Assembly: GCA_965223415.1 (NCBI GenBank)
Contig: OZ245002.1
Coordinates: 1,984,001-2,048,000 of the forward strand
From: Myxococcota bacterium
GTDB taxonomy: Bacteria; Myxococcota_A; UBA9160; UBA6930
DNA length: 64,000 nucleotides
Direction of reading: 5' to 3'
A model generated the notes under the pieces. That model saw only the letters and a program-made list of their open reading frames with translations, ran no database searches and had not been told where the DNA came from. Positions 12,012 through 22,426 of this stretch are shown one piece after another (the stretch's first letter is position 1; each line of letters begins with the position of its first letter). Both the position numbers and the translations under genes were made by a program.

Positions 12012-12794
12012 TCACTCGACGGCGTGCCTCGGGACGACCACCGGACCCTCGGGTCCGGAGAGCACCTCCGCCTCGACGCCGAAGGCGCGGCGCAGGGCGT
12101 CGGGAAGCAGCACCGCTTCCGGCGTGCCCGCGGCGAGCACGCAGCCCTGGGCGAGTAGCGCGATGCGGTCGGCGGCGCGCACCGAGAGCGCCAGGTCGTG
12201 GGAGACGACCAGCGCGCTGCGCCCCTCCGCCGCCCACTCGCGCAGCAGCGCCAGCAGCTGGAGACGGCGGGCCAGATCGAGGTGGGCCGTCGCCTCGTCG
12301 AGCAGCAGGATGACCGGATCCTGGGCCAACGCCCGCGCCACCATCACGAGCTGCCGTTCGCCGCCGGAGAGCTCGAGGATGGAGCGCTCGGCCAGGGCGA
12401 GGAGACCCAGCCGTTCGAGGGCCGCGTGGGCGATGCGGCGGTCCTTCGCCGACTCGAAGCCCAGCAGGCCCTGGTGGGGCGTGCGGCCCATCAGCACCAC
12501 CTCGTCCACCCGGAACGGGAAGGGCACCGTCGTCTCCTGCGGAACCAGCGCCATCTGCCGGGCGAGCCCTCGGCGCCCGTGGGCCGCGAGGGGCCGCCCG
12601 TCCAGGCGGATGTCGCCCCGATCCGGCGCGAGCAGCCCGCAGGCGATCCGCAGCAGCGTGGTCTTGCCGGCGCCGTTGCGCCCGGCCAGCAGCAGCACCT
12701 CGCCGTGCCCGAGCTGGAGGTCGACGCCGGCCAGCACCGAACGGCCGGCGAGATCCACGCCGACGCCGGAGAGCGTGAGCAGGGCGGCGCTCAC
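12012..12794 (-). CDS. Cobalamin/iron-siderophore ABC transporter ATP-binding protein
   Basis: GRNGAGKTT, LSGGERQ, LLDEAT. Confidence 0.9.
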   Translation of the reverse strand: MSAALLTLSGVGVDLAGRSVLAGVDLQLGHGEVLLLAGRNGAGKTTLLRIACGLLAPDRGDIRLDGRPLAAHGRRGLARQMALVPQETTVPFPFRVDEVVLMGRTPHQGLLGFESAKDRRIAHAALERLGLLALAERSILELSGGERQLVMVARALAQDPVILLLDEATAHLDLARRLQLLALLREWAAEGRSALVVSHDLALSVRAADRIALLAQGCVLAAGTPEAVLLPDALRRAFGVEAEVLSGPEGPVVVPRHAVE

Positions 12795-13810
12795 GAAACG
12801 AACACCGCGCGGTGTCGGCGGCGCAGCAGGTAGAGGAAGAAGGGACCCCCGGCCAGGGCGGTGATCGCTCCGACGGGAAGCTCGCGCCCGCCGAGCACGC
12901 TGCGGGCCAGGGTGTCGCAGAGGATCAGGAACGCGGCTCCGCTGAGGGCGGCGGAGGGCAGGAGCAGCCGGTGGTCGGAGCCGAGCCGGAGCCGCAGGGC
13001 GTGGGGCACGATCAGCCCTACGAAGCCCACCAGCCCGGAGACGGATACGGCGGCCCCGACCATCAGCGAGGTGGCGACCAGCAGCAGCCGCTGCACCCAC
13101 ACCACGTCGACGCCGAGCTGCGCCGCCGATTCCTCACCCAGGGCCAACGCGTTCAGGGACCGGGCGAGCGGCAGCGCGCAGGCCAGTCCCGCCACCAGGA
13201 AGAGGGCGACCCAGCCGGTGGCCTCGCCGCGCACGTCGGAGAGGCTGCCGATCAGCCACAGGAAGATGCGCGCACCGTCCGTGAGGCCGGCCAGGGACGC
13301 CAGGAACACGATCGCCGCGGAGGCGAACGCGTTGAACACCACGCCGGTGAGAAGTAGCGACGTGCCGGCGAAACGCCCGACGGGGCCGACCACCGCGAGC
13401 AGCAGCAGGACCGTCGCCACCGCCCCGGCGAAGGCCGCAGGCGGTACCGCTGCGTAGCCCAACCCGAGAGCCCCGCCTAACGACAGGGCAAGGATTCCGC
13501 CCAGGGCCGCGCCACCGGACACACCGAGGATGAAGGGATCCGCGAGGGGGTTGCGCAGGAGCGCCTGATAGATGGCCCCGGCCACGGCGAGGGAGGCCCC
13601 CACCAGGCCCGCGAGCAGGACGCGCGGAACGCGCACCCGCAGCACGATGTCCGCCGCGGCCCCGTCGCTGCGTCCGGCCAGCGCTTCCCATGTCTCCGCG
13701 AGCCCCAGCGCACTCGGGCCCACCACCAGCCCGAAGCCCGTCGCCGCGAAGAGGATCGCGAGCAGCACCCCCGTCACGACCAGCCAGCGCCCCGGCGTGA
13801 GCGGACTCAT
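12791..13810 (-). CDS. BtuC/FecCD-family ABC permease
   Basis: RVPRVLLA, LRNPLADPFILGVSGGA, GFVGLIVPH. Confidence 0.93.
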   Translation of the reverse strand: MSPLTPGRWLVVTGVLLAILFAATGFGLVVGPSALGLAETWEALAGRSDGAAADIVLRVRVPRVLLAGLVGASLAVAGAIYQALLRNPLADPFILGVSGGAALGGILALSLGGALGLGYAAVPPAAFAGAVATVLLLLAVVGPVGRFAGTSLLLTGVVFNAFASAAIVFLASLAGLTDGARIFLWLIGSLSDVRGEATGWVALFLVAGLACALPLARSLNALALGEESAAQLGVDVVWVQRLLLVATSLMVGAAVSVSGLVGFVGLIVPHALRLRLGSDHRLLLPSAALSGAAFLILCDTLARSVLGGRELPVGAITALAGGPFFLYLLRRRHRAVFVS

Positions 13811-14682
13811 GGAGCGGACGCTTCCAGAGCGCCGGGGTGCACCGCCCCTACCAGCGCGCGGAGCGCCTCGTCGAGCTGGGGCCCCGGAAGGGTCACGAGT
13901 CCTTCCGGGAAGGAGACGATGCGTTCGTTCGCGACGGCGGGGAGCGAGGGCCAACGCCGCCAGAAGTCCGTGGCGGGCTCCGGGGCCCGGGCCGAGTCGA
14001 TCAGCAGGTCCGGCGCCGCCGAGAGCAGCCACTCCCGCGCCACCCGCGGATAGGAGCCCTCGAGCTCCGCGCCCAGGTTTCGCGCGCCGGCGCTCGCGAG
14101 CATCTCGTCGATGAAGCTCCCGCGGCCCACCAGAAAGAGCGGGTCCCGTTGCAGCACGAGCACCGTGCGCACCCGCGGCAGGCCGGCGACGGCGTCCTCG
14201 ACCTGGCGGCGCGTCGCCCGAATGGCCTCCGCCCGCTCGCGGGCGGCCGCGCTATGGCCGACGCGCTCTCCCAGGAGCTCGATGGTCTCCACCACCGCGT
14301 CGAAGCCCTGGGGATCCACGGCGAGGCGGGGCACGCCCAGGCTCGCGAGCCGGTCGCGGAAGCCGCGCTGCTCGGCGCTCGGCACGAGCACGACCAGATC
14401 GGGCCGCAGGGCCACCACCGCCTCGAGGCTCGGGTTGTAGAGCCCGCCGACCCGCGGCAGCTCCGCGAGCTCCGGGCGCTGGCGGGCCGAGTAGTCGTCG
14501 ACGCCGACCAGCTGCTCCCGGGCGCCGATCGCCAGCAGGATCGCGGTGAGCGAGGGGTTCAGCGAGACGATGCGCTTCGCGGGCGCGGCCGCGCGCTCGG
14601 CGGCCACCGGCTCGGCAGCCGAGGCCGGACCCGGGGAGAGGGCGAGGAAGACCCCGGCCCATGCGGCGACGAGGGCGCGCAT
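13807..14682 (-). CDS. BtuF-like periplasmic binding protein
   Basis: Signal peptide, RIVSLNPSLTAIL, EAVVALRPDLV. Confidence 0.9.
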   Translation of the reverse strand: MRALVAAWAGVFLALSPGPASAAEPVAAERAAAPAKRIVSLNPSLTAILLAIGAREQLVGVDDYSARQRPELAELPRVGGLYNPSLEAVVALRPDLVVLVPSAEQRGFRDRLASLGVPRLAVDPQGFDAVVETIELLGERVGHSAAARERAEAIRATRRQVEDAVAGLPRVRTVLVLQRDPLFLVGRGSFIDEMLASAGARNLGAELEGSYPRVAREWLLSAAPDLLIDSARAPEPATDFWRRWPSLPAVANERIVSFPEGLVTLPGPQLDEALRALVGAVHPGALEASAP

Positions 14683-14702
14683 GGGCCGGGGATAGCAAGG
14701 GT

Positions 14703-15041
14703 CTACTCGACCCGCAGGGTGGTCGTACCGCCGAGCTTCACGAACGGGCGCAGCTTGGCGAGGGCGGCCTCGCCGATGCCCTTCACGTCCACCAGCTCGT
14801 CCACCTTCTTGAAGCCGCCGCGCTCCTTGCGCAGGGCCACGATGGCCCGGGCCCGGCTCTCGCCGACACCGGGCAGGAGCACGAGCTGCTCCACGTTGGC
14901 GGTGTTCAGGTTGAGCGCGCCGTGGAGGGTGGGCTTGGCCGCGTGGGCGGGCTGCGGCCACAGCACGGCACCGGCGGCGGGCGCCGCCAGCGCGAGGGCC
15001 AGGGCGAGGCCCAGACGGAGAGGAACGGTTCGCAGGTTCAT
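14703..15041 (-). CDS. comEA: ComEA-family helix-hairpin-helix DNA-binding protein
   Basis: Signal peptide plus LNLNTANVEQLVLLPGVGESRARAIV...VKGIGEA. Confidence 0.88.
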   Translation of the reverse strand: MNLRTVPLRLGLALALALAAPAAGAVLWPQPAHAAKPTLHGALNLNTANVEQLVLLPGVGESRARAIVALRKERGGFKKVDELVDVKGIGEAALAKLRPFVKLGGTTTLRVE

Positions 15042-15082
15042 ATGGGGAGGTATCCCCGGGACCGGCGGGGTGAGAAAGGGGG

Positions 15083-16132
15083 CTAGCTCGCCCGGTGCAC
15101 CGAGTAGTCGGCGGCCGCGACGAGGGCTCGCTTGGTGGCGCCGTCGGGGAAGGGCGCGATGGCGTCCGCCGCGCGCTTCACGTGCTCCTCGGCGCGGCGG
15201 TCGGTGTCTTCGATGCCGCGGTGGCGGCGTACGAGCTCGACGATGGGCGCCAGCTCGGTGGGGCTCAGCACCTGGTCCACCTCGACGGGCCCCTCGACCT
15301 CGAGCTCGCTGGTGCGCTGGGAAGCGGTCTTGAGCAGGCCCGCCACGAGCTCCCGCTCGGCGGACGTGCAGCGCTTCAGGGTGAGCAGCAGCGGCAGGGT
15401 GACCTTGCCCTCGCGGACGTCGGTGAGGGGCTGCTTGCCGAGCTCCTCCTCGCCACCGTCGAAGTCGAGGGCGTCGTCGCGAAGCTGGAAGGCCAGGCCG
15501 AGCTCGCGCCCGAACTCCGCGACCCGCCGCCGCTCGGCCCGGGTGACACCGCCCAGGATCGCACCGGCCTCGGCGGCGGCGGAGAGCAGCGTCGCGCTCT
15601 TGCGCTCGATCACCTCGTAGTAGTGGGTCTCGGTCACCTGCGGGTCGAAGCTCGCTTCGAGCTGCAGCAGCTCGCCCTCGGCCATGAGGCGGATCGTGTT
15701 CGAGAAGATCCACAGCACGTCGAGGTCGCCGTCCTCGACGATCAACGAGGAGGCGCGGGCGTAGAAGAAATCGCCGACCAGCACCGCGCGCCGGTTGCCC
15801 CAGATGGCGCGGGCGGCGGGACGGCCGCGCCGCAGATTCCCGAGATCGACGACGTCGTCGTGGAGCAGGGTGGCGGTGTGCAGCATCTCCACCGCCGAGG
15901 CGATCTGGATGCAGCGGGGACCGGTGTAGCCGCAGAGCCGGGCCGCGAGCATCAACAGCACGGGCCGCAGGCGCTTGCCGCCGGAGGAGAGCACGTGCTC
16001 GCCGATCGCACCGACCAGCGCCTGCTCGCTGGCGAGCTGATCGCGCATCGTGCGTTCGACTTGCTCCAGGTGGGGAGCGAGCTCGGTCAAGGCGCTGGCG
16101 AGGGCCGGAGGAGGGGAGGGGCTCTGGGCCAT
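15083..16132 (-). CDS. ispB: Polyprenyl (octaprenyl-type) diphosphate synthase
   Basis: GGKRLRP, LHDDVVD...RRG, FQLRDDALD. Confidence 0.88.
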   Translation of the reverse strand: MAQSPSPPPALASALTELAPHLEQVERTMRDQLASEQALVGAIGEHVLSSGGKRLRPVLLMLAARLCGYTGPRCIQIASAVEMLHTATLLHDDVVDLGNLRRGRPAARAIWGNRRAVLVGDFFYARASSLIVEDGDLDVLWIFSNTIRLMAEGELLQLEASFDPQVTETHYYEVIERKSATLLSAAAEAGAILGGVTRAERRRVAEFGRELGLAFQLRDDALDFDGGEEELGKQPLTDVREGKVTLPLLLTLKRCTSAERELVAGLLKTASQRTSELEVEGPVEVDQVLSPTELAPIVELVRRHRGIEDTDRRAEEHVKRAADAIAPFPDGATKRALVAAADYSVHRAS

Positions 16133-16140
16133 CGCTTCCC

Positions 16141-16169
16141 ACGCTAGCGCCGACCCCTGGCGGTGTCAA
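16141..16169 (-). promoter_or_regulatory. Sigma70 promoter for the ispB-comEA-btu-eno run
   Basis: Minus strand TTGACA-N17-TAGCGT, 8 nt upstream of the ATG. Confidence 0.7.
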
Positions 16170-16205
16170 AGCGAGAATGTCGAAAAGCCTTGAAAAGACG
16201 GGCGT

Positions 16206-17597
16206 TTACCGTGGTTCACCCGAGCGTGGACCGGCGTTCTCGACCAGCCAATGCACCGCCTGCCCCACGTGCTCCACACCGACGGCGCCGCCGGAGTTTC
16301 CCGCGACGCCGGAGGGGACGAGCACCTGGCCGAAGCCTAGGCGAGCGGCCTCGCGCAGGCGCTGGTCGAGGCGTCCGACCCGGCGCACCTCGCCGCCGAG
16401 CCCGACCTCGCCGCAGGCGGCCACGTCCGGAGGGAGCGGCTTGTCGAGGCGGCTCGATGCGATGGCGAGGGCCACCGCGAGATCCGCGGCGGGCTCGGAG
16501 ACGCGCACGCCGCCGACCACGTTCACGTACACGTCGCAGGAGAGCAGATCGATCTCGCTGTGGCGGTCGAGCACCGCGAGGAGCAGCGCCACCCGCGCGT
16601 CGTCGATGCCGACGCAGGTGCGTCGCGCGGTGCCGTAGCCCGCCGGTGCGACGAGGGCCTGCACCTCGAGCAGCACCGGCCGCGTGCCCTCCATCACCGG
16701 CACGATGCACGAGCCCGGCGCGCCCGGGTGCCGCTCGGCCAGGAAGAGCTCGCTCGGGTTCTCGACGGCGACCAGGCCCTTCTCGCCCATCGTGAAGATG
16801 CCCACCTCTTGAGTGGAGCCGAAGCGGTTCTTCGTGGCGCGCAGCAGGCGGAAAGGCGTGCCGCGATCGCCTTCGAAGGTGAGCACCACGTCGACCAGGT
16901 GCTCGAGGACGCGCGGGCCGGCGAGGGTGCCCTCCTTGGTGACGTGGCCCACCAGCACGAGGGCCGTGCCGTGGCTCTTGGCAGTGGCGGAGAGCAGGCC
17001 AGCGCACTCGCGCACCTGGGCCACGGAGCCGGCGGCGGATTCGATGCGCTCGGTGCGGGCGGTCTGGATCGAGTCGATCACCACCACCACCGGGCGGTGC
17101 TCGCGCCAGGGCGCGGCCAGGGCCTCCACCCGCGTCTCCGAGAGCGCCATCAGCGAGCGCGGGATCTCGCCGAGCCGGGCGGCGCGCAGGCGCACCTGCT
17201 CGAGGCTCTCCTCGCCGGTGACGTAGAGGACGCGCCCGGCCCGCTGCTCGAGCTGGGCGGCGAGCTGCAGGGAGAGGGTCGACTTGCCGATCCCCGGCTC
17301 GCCGCCGATCAGCACGACCGAGCCGGGCACGAGGCCGCCGCCGAGCACGCGATCGAGCTCGGCGATGCCCGTGGCCAGGCGGGGCGCACCGCCGGCGTCG
17401 ACGTCGGCCAGGGCGACGGCCTGGCCGCTGGTGCCGCCGGTGGCGGGCTCCGGGGCCACCAGCGCCGCCGGCGCCTCCCCGCCCAGCGGCTCCTCCACCA
17501 GGGTGTCCCAGGCGCCGCAGCCCGGGCAGCGCCCGAGCCAGCGAGGCTGCTGGGTGCCGCACTCGGTGCAGCAGTAGACGGAGCGCGGCTTGGCCAT
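16206..17597 (-). CDS. radA: DNA repair protein RadA/Sms
   Basis: C4 zinc finger, GEPGIGKST, KNRFG. Confidence 0.97.
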   Translation of the reverse strand: MAKPRSVYCCTECGTQQPRWLGRCPGCGAWDTLVEEPLGGEAPAALVAPEPATGGTSGQAVALADVDAGGAPRLATGIAELDRVLGGGLVPGSVVLIGGEPGIGKSTLSLQLAAQLEQRAGRVLYVTGEESLEQVRLRAARLGEIPRSLMALSETRVEALAAPWREHRPVVVVIDSIQTARTERIESAAGSVAQVRECAGLLSATAKSHGTALVLVGHVTKEGTLAGPRVLEHLVDVVLTFEGDRGTPFRLLRATKNRFGSTQEVGIFTMGEKGLVAVENPSELFLAERHPGAPGSCIVPVMEGTRPVLLEVQALVAPAGYGTARRTCVGIDDARVALLLAVLDRHSEIDLLSCDVYVNVVGGVRVSEPAADLAVALAIASSRLDKPLPPDVAACGEVGLGGEVRRVGRLDQRLREAARLGFGQVLVPSGVAGNSGGAVGVEHVGQAVHWLVENAGPRSGEPR

Positions 17598-17614
17598 GGG
17601 GCGCGAATGTAGCG

Positions 17615-18253
17615 ATGGCGACGTACCGTATGGGGATGGGCCTCTACGACATCTACGAGCAACGCGTCTTCCCCCGCTTCCTCGACCGGGCGATGAAGCA
17701 GTTCGGCCCCCAGCGCGAGCCCACCCTCGCCGAGGCGCGGGGCGACGTGCTGGAGATCGGCTTCGGCACCGGCCTCAACCTCCCGCACTACCCCGAGGGC
17801 GTGGAGAAGCTCTCGACGGTGGATCCGATGGACGCCCTCCAGGAGAAGGTGCAGGAGCGCATCGACCGGGTGCCCTTCCCGGTCGAACGCCACCACCTGC
17901 CCGCCGACGGCGGCCTGCCCTTCGATCGCGGCCGCTTCGACACCGTGACCGTCACCTGGACCCTGTGCACCATCCCGGACGCCGGCGCCGCTCTGACGGA
18001 GATGCACCGGGTCCTCAAGCCCGAGGGCAGGCTGCTGTTCATCGAGCACGGCCGCAGCGACGACGCGAGGATCGCCCGCTGGCAGGACCGCCTGAACCCG
18101 ATCTGGAACGTGATCGGCTGCGGCTGCAACCTGAACCGCTCCACCGCCGACCTGGTCGAGCGCGCCGGCTTCCAGCTCGAGCGCCTCGAGCAGCTCATCG
18201 AGGGCCCGCGCATCTTCGCCACCCTCTACCGCGGAGCCGCCCTACCGAAATGA
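17615..18253 (+). CDS. Class I SAM-dependent methyltransferase (start may be 17630 or 17636)
   Basis: VLEIGFGTG, FDTV, RVLKPEG. Confidence 0.9.
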   Translation: MATYRMGMGLYDIYEQRVFPRFLDRAMKQFGPQREPTLAEARGDVLEIGFGTGLNLPHYPEGVEKLSTVDPMDALQEKVQERIDRVPFPVERHHLPADGGLPFDRGRFDTVTVTWTLCTIPDAGAALTEMHRVLKPEGRLLFIEHGRSDDARIARWQDRLNPIWNVIGCGCNLNRSTADLVERAGFQLERLEQLIEGPRIFATLYRGAALPK

Positions 18254-18322
18254 AGAAACGGGGCCAGAGTTAAGAATTCAGTTCTGGAAGAACTGAATTC
18301 TTAACTCTGGCCCCGTTTCTTC
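18252..18322. repeat. Perfect 34-bp inverted repeat, family B copy 1
   Basis: GAAGAAACGGGGCCAGAGTTAAGAATTCAGTTCT-gga-exact reverse complement. Confidence 0.95.
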
Positions 18323-18394
18323 GCTGTCACCCTGGCTGCGAGGGTAGGGTGACGGTGCTAAGTTGCCGTGCTCATGAGGGTTTCGGGAGGCGGT

Positions 18395-19480
18395 ATGTTC
18401 GAGCACTACGAGCGGCTGGCGGCGCGGGCGTTGGCGGGGGAGGCGCCGTCGGAGGACGACGCCCTGTGGATCCTGGACGGGGACGACGTCCAGCTGCTGC
18501 CGCTGCTGCAGGCGGCCTACGCCCCGCGGGAGAAGCACTTCGGCCGCAAGGTGATGGTGCACGTCCTGAACAACGTGCAGAACGGCCTGTGCCCGGAAGA
18601 CTGCGGCTACTGCTCCCAGTCGAAGGGCTCCGAGGCGCCGATCCTCAAGTACCCGATGAAGGCCGAGGACGAGATCCTCGCCGAGGCCGAGGCGGCGGTC
18701 CGTGCCGGCGCGTCCCGCTACTGCATGGTCCTCTCGGGCCGCGGGCCGGGCCTCGAGCGCACCCGCCAGCTCGCGGAAGTGATCCGCACCGTCAAGGCCA
18801 CCTACCCGATCGAGGTCTGCCTCTCGGTGGGTCTGGTCGACGACGAGCAGGCCCGGATGTTGGCGGACGCGGGGCTCGACCGGCTCAACCACAACCTCAA
18901 CACCAGCGAGACCCACTACGCGGACATCTGCACCACCCACACCTACGAGGACCGGGTGCAGACGCTCCACGCCGCCAAGAGCGCGGGCATCGGCACCTGC
19001 AGCGGGCTCATCGTGGGCATGGGCGAGACGAGCCGGGACGTGGTGGACGTCGCCTTCCACCTCCGCAAGCTCGAGGTGCCGTCGATCCCGGTGAACTTCC
19101 TGATCCCCATCGAGGGCAACCCTGTCACCGACGACGGCAGTCTCACCCCGGAACGCTGCCTCCGCGCCCTGGCCCTGATGCGGCTGGTCAACCCGGCGGC
19201 CGAGGTGCGCGTGGCCGGCGGCCGCGAAGGCAACATCCGCAGCCTCGGCCCCCTGGCGCTCTGGCCCGCCAACTCGCTCTTCATGGAGGGCTACCTCACC
19301 ACGAAGGGCGATGACGAGCGCGAGACCTACCGCATGATCCGGGACGCGGGCTTCGAGGTGGAAGGCAACCCCACCTTCGACGCCCTGCAGGCCGAGCCCG
19401 CCGCTGCCGGGTTCCGCCTGCGCGGCGGCGACGGCGAGATCCTGAAGCCCGAGATCGCGCGGCCGACGCGGGGCTTCTGA
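18395..19480 (+). CDS. bioB: Biotin synthase
   Basis: CPEDCGYCSQS radical SAM motif, NHNLNT, SIPVNFL, AGGRE. Confidence 0.96.
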   Translation: MFEHYERLAARALAGEAPSEDDALWILDGDDVQLLPLLQAAYAPREKHFGRKVMVHVLNNVQNGLCPEDCGYCSQSKGSEAPILKYPMKAEDEILAEAEAAVRAGASRYCMVLSGRGPGLERTRQLAEVIRTVKATYPIEVCLSVGLVDDEQARMLADAGLDRLNHNLNTSETHYADICTTHTYEDRVQTLHAAKSAGIGTCSGLIVGMGETSRDVVDVAFHLRKLEVPSIPVNFLIPIEGNPVTDDGSLTPERCLRALALMRLVNPAAEVRVAGGREGNIRSLGPLALWPANSLFMEGYLTTKGDDERETYRMIRDAGFEVEGNPTFDALQAEPAAAGFRLRGGDGEILKPEIARPTRGF

Positions 19481-19487
19481 GGCCGCC

Positions 19488-20666
19488 GTGGCGACCCTCG
19501 ACGAGGTGGCCGCGGAGACGTTAGGCGCCCTTCGCGCTCGGGGCACCCACCGCCGCATGCGCGTGCTCGAGGGCGCCCAGGCGCCGCGTATGTGCGTCGA
19601 CGGCCGGGACGTGCTGCTCTTCGCCGGCAGCAACTACCTCGACCTCGCCCAGCATCCGGAGGTCGTGGACGCCGCGGCGGGCGCCGCCCGGGATCACGGC
19701 GCCGCCGCCGGCGGCTCGCGACTCATCACGGGCAACCTGGCCATCCACGAGGCCCTGGAGGAAGAGCTCGCCGCCTTCTTCGGCAGCGAGGCGGCCCTCG
19801 CCTTCAACACCGGCTACATGGCGAACGTCGGCGTCATCCCCGCCCTGGTCGGCAAAGGCGACGTGGTCGTCTCCGACGCCCTCAACCACGCGTCGATCAT
19901 CGACGGCTGCCGGCTCTCGCAGGCGGCGACGCGCGTCTTCCCCCACGGCGATACGGACGCCCTGGCCAACGTGCTCGCTGAAGCCGAGGGCCGCTTCCGG
20001 CGCGTGCTCGTCGCGGTCGACGGCGTGTACAGCATGGACGGCGACGTGGCTCCCCTCGCCGAGATCCTGGCCCTCGCGAAGCGCCACGGCGCCCTCACCC
20101 TCCTCGACGACGCCCACGGCACGGGCACCCTCGGTGCGACCGGCCGCGGCAGCGCCGAGCATCGCGGCGTGCCAGCGGACGACGTCGACGTGCACATGGG
20201 CACCCTCGGCAAGTCCCTCGGCTCCTTCGGCGCCTTCGTCGTCGGGAGCGCCGCGCTGCGAGAGCTGCTCGTGAACGCCGCGCGCAGCTTCATCTTCTCC
20301 TGCGCGCTGGCACCGCCGGCGGTGGAGGCGGCGCGGGCGGCGCTGCGTGTCGTCCAGCGCGAGCCCTGGCGCCGCGAGCGTCTGCAGGCGAACGCCGTCC
20401 GGCTGCGGGACGGCCTGGCGCGGCACGGCATCTCGACGGCACCCAGCACCACGCACATCGTGCCGGTCGTGCTGGGCGACAACGCGCGCACCATGCGGGT
20501 GTGCGAGCGGCTGCTGGAGCGCGGCTTCTACGCCCAGGGCATCCGCCACCCGTCCGTTCCCGAGGGCACCGCGCGGCTACGCATCACGCCGATGGCCACG
20601 CACAAGGAGACGGAGATCGACGCCCTCGTCGCGGCCGTGGCTGGCGAGACGACGCCTGGCCCATGA
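19488..20666 (+). CDS. bioF: 8-amino-7-oxononanoate synthase
   Basis: SNYLDLA, DALNHASIIDG, DDAHG, GTLGKSLG. Confidence 0.95.
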   Translation: MATLDEVAAETLGALRARGTHRRMRVLEGAQAPRMCVDGRDVLLFAGSNYLDLAQHPEVVDAAAGAARDHGAAAGGSRLITGNLAIHEALEEELAAFFGSEAALAFNTGYMANVGVIPALVGKGDVVVSDALNHASIIDGCRLSQAATRVFPHGDTDALANVLAEAEGRFRRVLVAVDGVYSMDGDVAPLAEILALAKRHGALTLLDDAHGTGTLGATGRGSAEHRGVPADDVDVHMGTLGKSLGSFGAFVVGSAALRELLVNAARSFIFSCALAPPAVEAARAALRVVQREPWRRERLQANAVRLRDGLARHGISTAPSTTHIVPVVLGDNARTMRVCERLLERGFYAQGIRHPSVPEGTARLRITPMATHKETEIDALVAAVAGETTPGP

Positions 20667-21331
20667 GCTGGTTCGTCACCGGTACCGATACCGGCGTCGG
20701 CAAGACCGTCGTGGCCTGCGCCCTGGCCCGGGGCGTCCGCGCCCAGGGGGTCGACGTGGGCGTCATGAAGCCCGCGGAGACCGGTGTCGAGGCCGCAGGG
20801 CCGCTGGACGCGCTGGCCCTGCGCGAAGCCGCCGCCAGCGACGATCCCCTCGAGCTCGTCTGCCCCGAGGCCTTCGCGCTGCCGGCGGCGCCCACCGTCG
20901 CCGCCGCGGCCGAGGGCCGCGAGGTCGACGCCGACGCCATCCGCCGCGCCTGGCACGAGCTCCGCGGCCGCCACGAGCACATGATCGTCGAAGGCGCCGG
21001 CGGCCTGCTCGTGCCGATCTGGAAGGGGGCGACCATGGCCGATCTCGCTTCCGAGCTCGGCCTCCCCCTGGTAGTCGTCGCCCGCGGCGCCCTGGGCACG
21101 ATCAACCACACCCTCCTCACGATCGAGGCGGCCCGGCGCCGGGACCTCGAGATCGCCGGCGTGGTGATCTCCCACGTGACGGGGCGACTGTCCGACGCAG
21201 ACGCCCGCAATCTCGGCGCGCTGCGCGACGAGCTCGGGACACTCCTCCTCGGGGAGGTGCCGCCGCTCGGCGCGGACGTCGACTCCGCGCTGGATCACCT
21301 CGACGTGGCCGGGCTGCTCGGCGAAGGGTGA
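20663..21331 (+). CDS. bioD: Dethiobiotin synthase
   Basis: FVTGTDTGVGKT, VEGAGG, LGTINHTLL. Confidence 0.96.
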   Translation: MSWFVTGTDTGVGKTVVACALARGVRAQGVDVGVMKPAETGVEAAGPLDALALREAAASDDPLELVCPEAFALPAAPTVAAAAEGREVDADAIRRAWHELRGRHEHMIVEGAGGLLVPIWKGATMADLASELGLPLVVVARGALGTINHTLLTIEAARRRDLEIAGVVISHVTGRLSDADARNLGALRDELGTLLLGEVPPLGADVDSALDHLDVAGLLGEG

Positions 21332-21352
21332 GCGATCGCCCGGTCTTGCCGC

Positions 21353-22426
21353 CTACGGACAGGGGACGAAAGTCGTCACCAGCTCCGGCTCCGGCAGGGT
21401 CCAGCACTTCCCTGCCGGCTCCCAGGGCGGGCCCGGCCTTCCCGCGCACTCACCCAGGACGGGCAGGATGCGGGTCAGCAGCTCATCCATGTCGGTGAGG
21501 CGGACGACGAGAGGCTCCTCGTCGGGGCCCCGGAAGAAGTCCTCCCAGTGGCCGATCATCACGTGCCGGGGCTCGAGGTCGCGGAGCAGGCCCTCGGGAT
21601 AGTCCCTGGCTTGGGAGAAGCCACCGGCGGTGAGGATGGCGAGGTCCACGCGGCGCTCGGCGAGCAGGGAGCGGGGAACGAAGCCGAGCGGCGGCTGGCT
21701 CGCGGCGTCCTGGACGTGGATGCGGAAGACCGGGCGGTCACCTTCCATGAAGTCGATCAGGAAGGCGAAGGTCTGCCCTTCGACCCAGCCGTAGGCGAAG
21801 TGCGGGAGATGATCCAGCGGCCGCGGCTGGTGGCCGCCGTAGAGCTTGATCGGCCCGACGTGGTTGCCGTGCTCGGAGTGCAGCGCCATCACGCGAACCT
21901 TGCCGCCGGCGTACCGGTGCCACTGCCCCTCGCGCCGCCAGTTGCCGGCATCGGCGTCGAGCGGCCGCACCGCAAGGCGCTCCTCGTGGATCAGGTTCGC
22001 CGCGGTCTGGCTCGCGAGGACCGGGATCCGGTCGTTGGGGTCTCTTCCCTGCTCGAGCGTCTTCACGATGGTCGGCAGGTCCATCAGGTGGTCGTAGTGG
22101 GCGTGGCCGACCAGGATCGCCTCCGGATCGCCCCAGCTCCTGCGGCGACGCTCCGGATCGATGCGGCTCTGGTTGGGCCAGATCGGGAGCAGCGCGAGAC
22201 GCGCGACGCCCGGGTTCGAGTAGAAGGGCGCCGTCAGGATCTCGACGCCGTCGCGCGCGAAGCGGAAGCCCCCGGCGCGGAGGTACTGGACCGTCACCGG
22301 CCGCCCACTCGCACCACACGCGTTCACGGTTCCAGCCTCGTGGGTCACCGCACCTTCCGGCGGCTGGGTGGCACAGGCGGACAGCAGAAGGGCGAGGACC
22401 AGGGAGAGAGCGGGGCGGCGGGGCAC
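21353..22426 (-). CDS. Metallo-beta-lactamase-fold lipoprotein
   Basis: Lipobox LLSAC; GHAHYDH; GHWEDFF. Confidence 0.8.
   Translation of the reverse strand: MPRRPALSLVLALLLSACATQPPEGAVTHEAGTVNACGASGRPVTVQYLRAGGFRFARDGVEILTAPFYSNPGVARLALLPIWPNQSRIDPERRRRSWGDPEAILVGHAHYDHLMDLPTIVKTLEQGRDPNDRIPVLASQTAANLIHEERLAVRPLDADAGNWRREGQWHRYAGGKVRVMALHSEHGNHVGPIKLYGGHQPRPLDHLPHFAYGWVEGQTFAFLIDFMEGDRPVFRIHVQDAASQPPLGFVPRSLLAERRVDLAILTAGGFSQARDYPEGLLRDLEPRHVMIGHWEDFFRGPDEEPLVVRLTDMDELLTRILPVLGECAGRPGPPWEPAGKCWTLPEPELVTTFVPCP

Noticed and set aside
14683..14702. Cobalamin riboswitch ahead of the Btu-like transporter
   Set aside because: Only 20 bp separate comEA and the binding-protein gene, so there is no room; the substrate remains unassigned.
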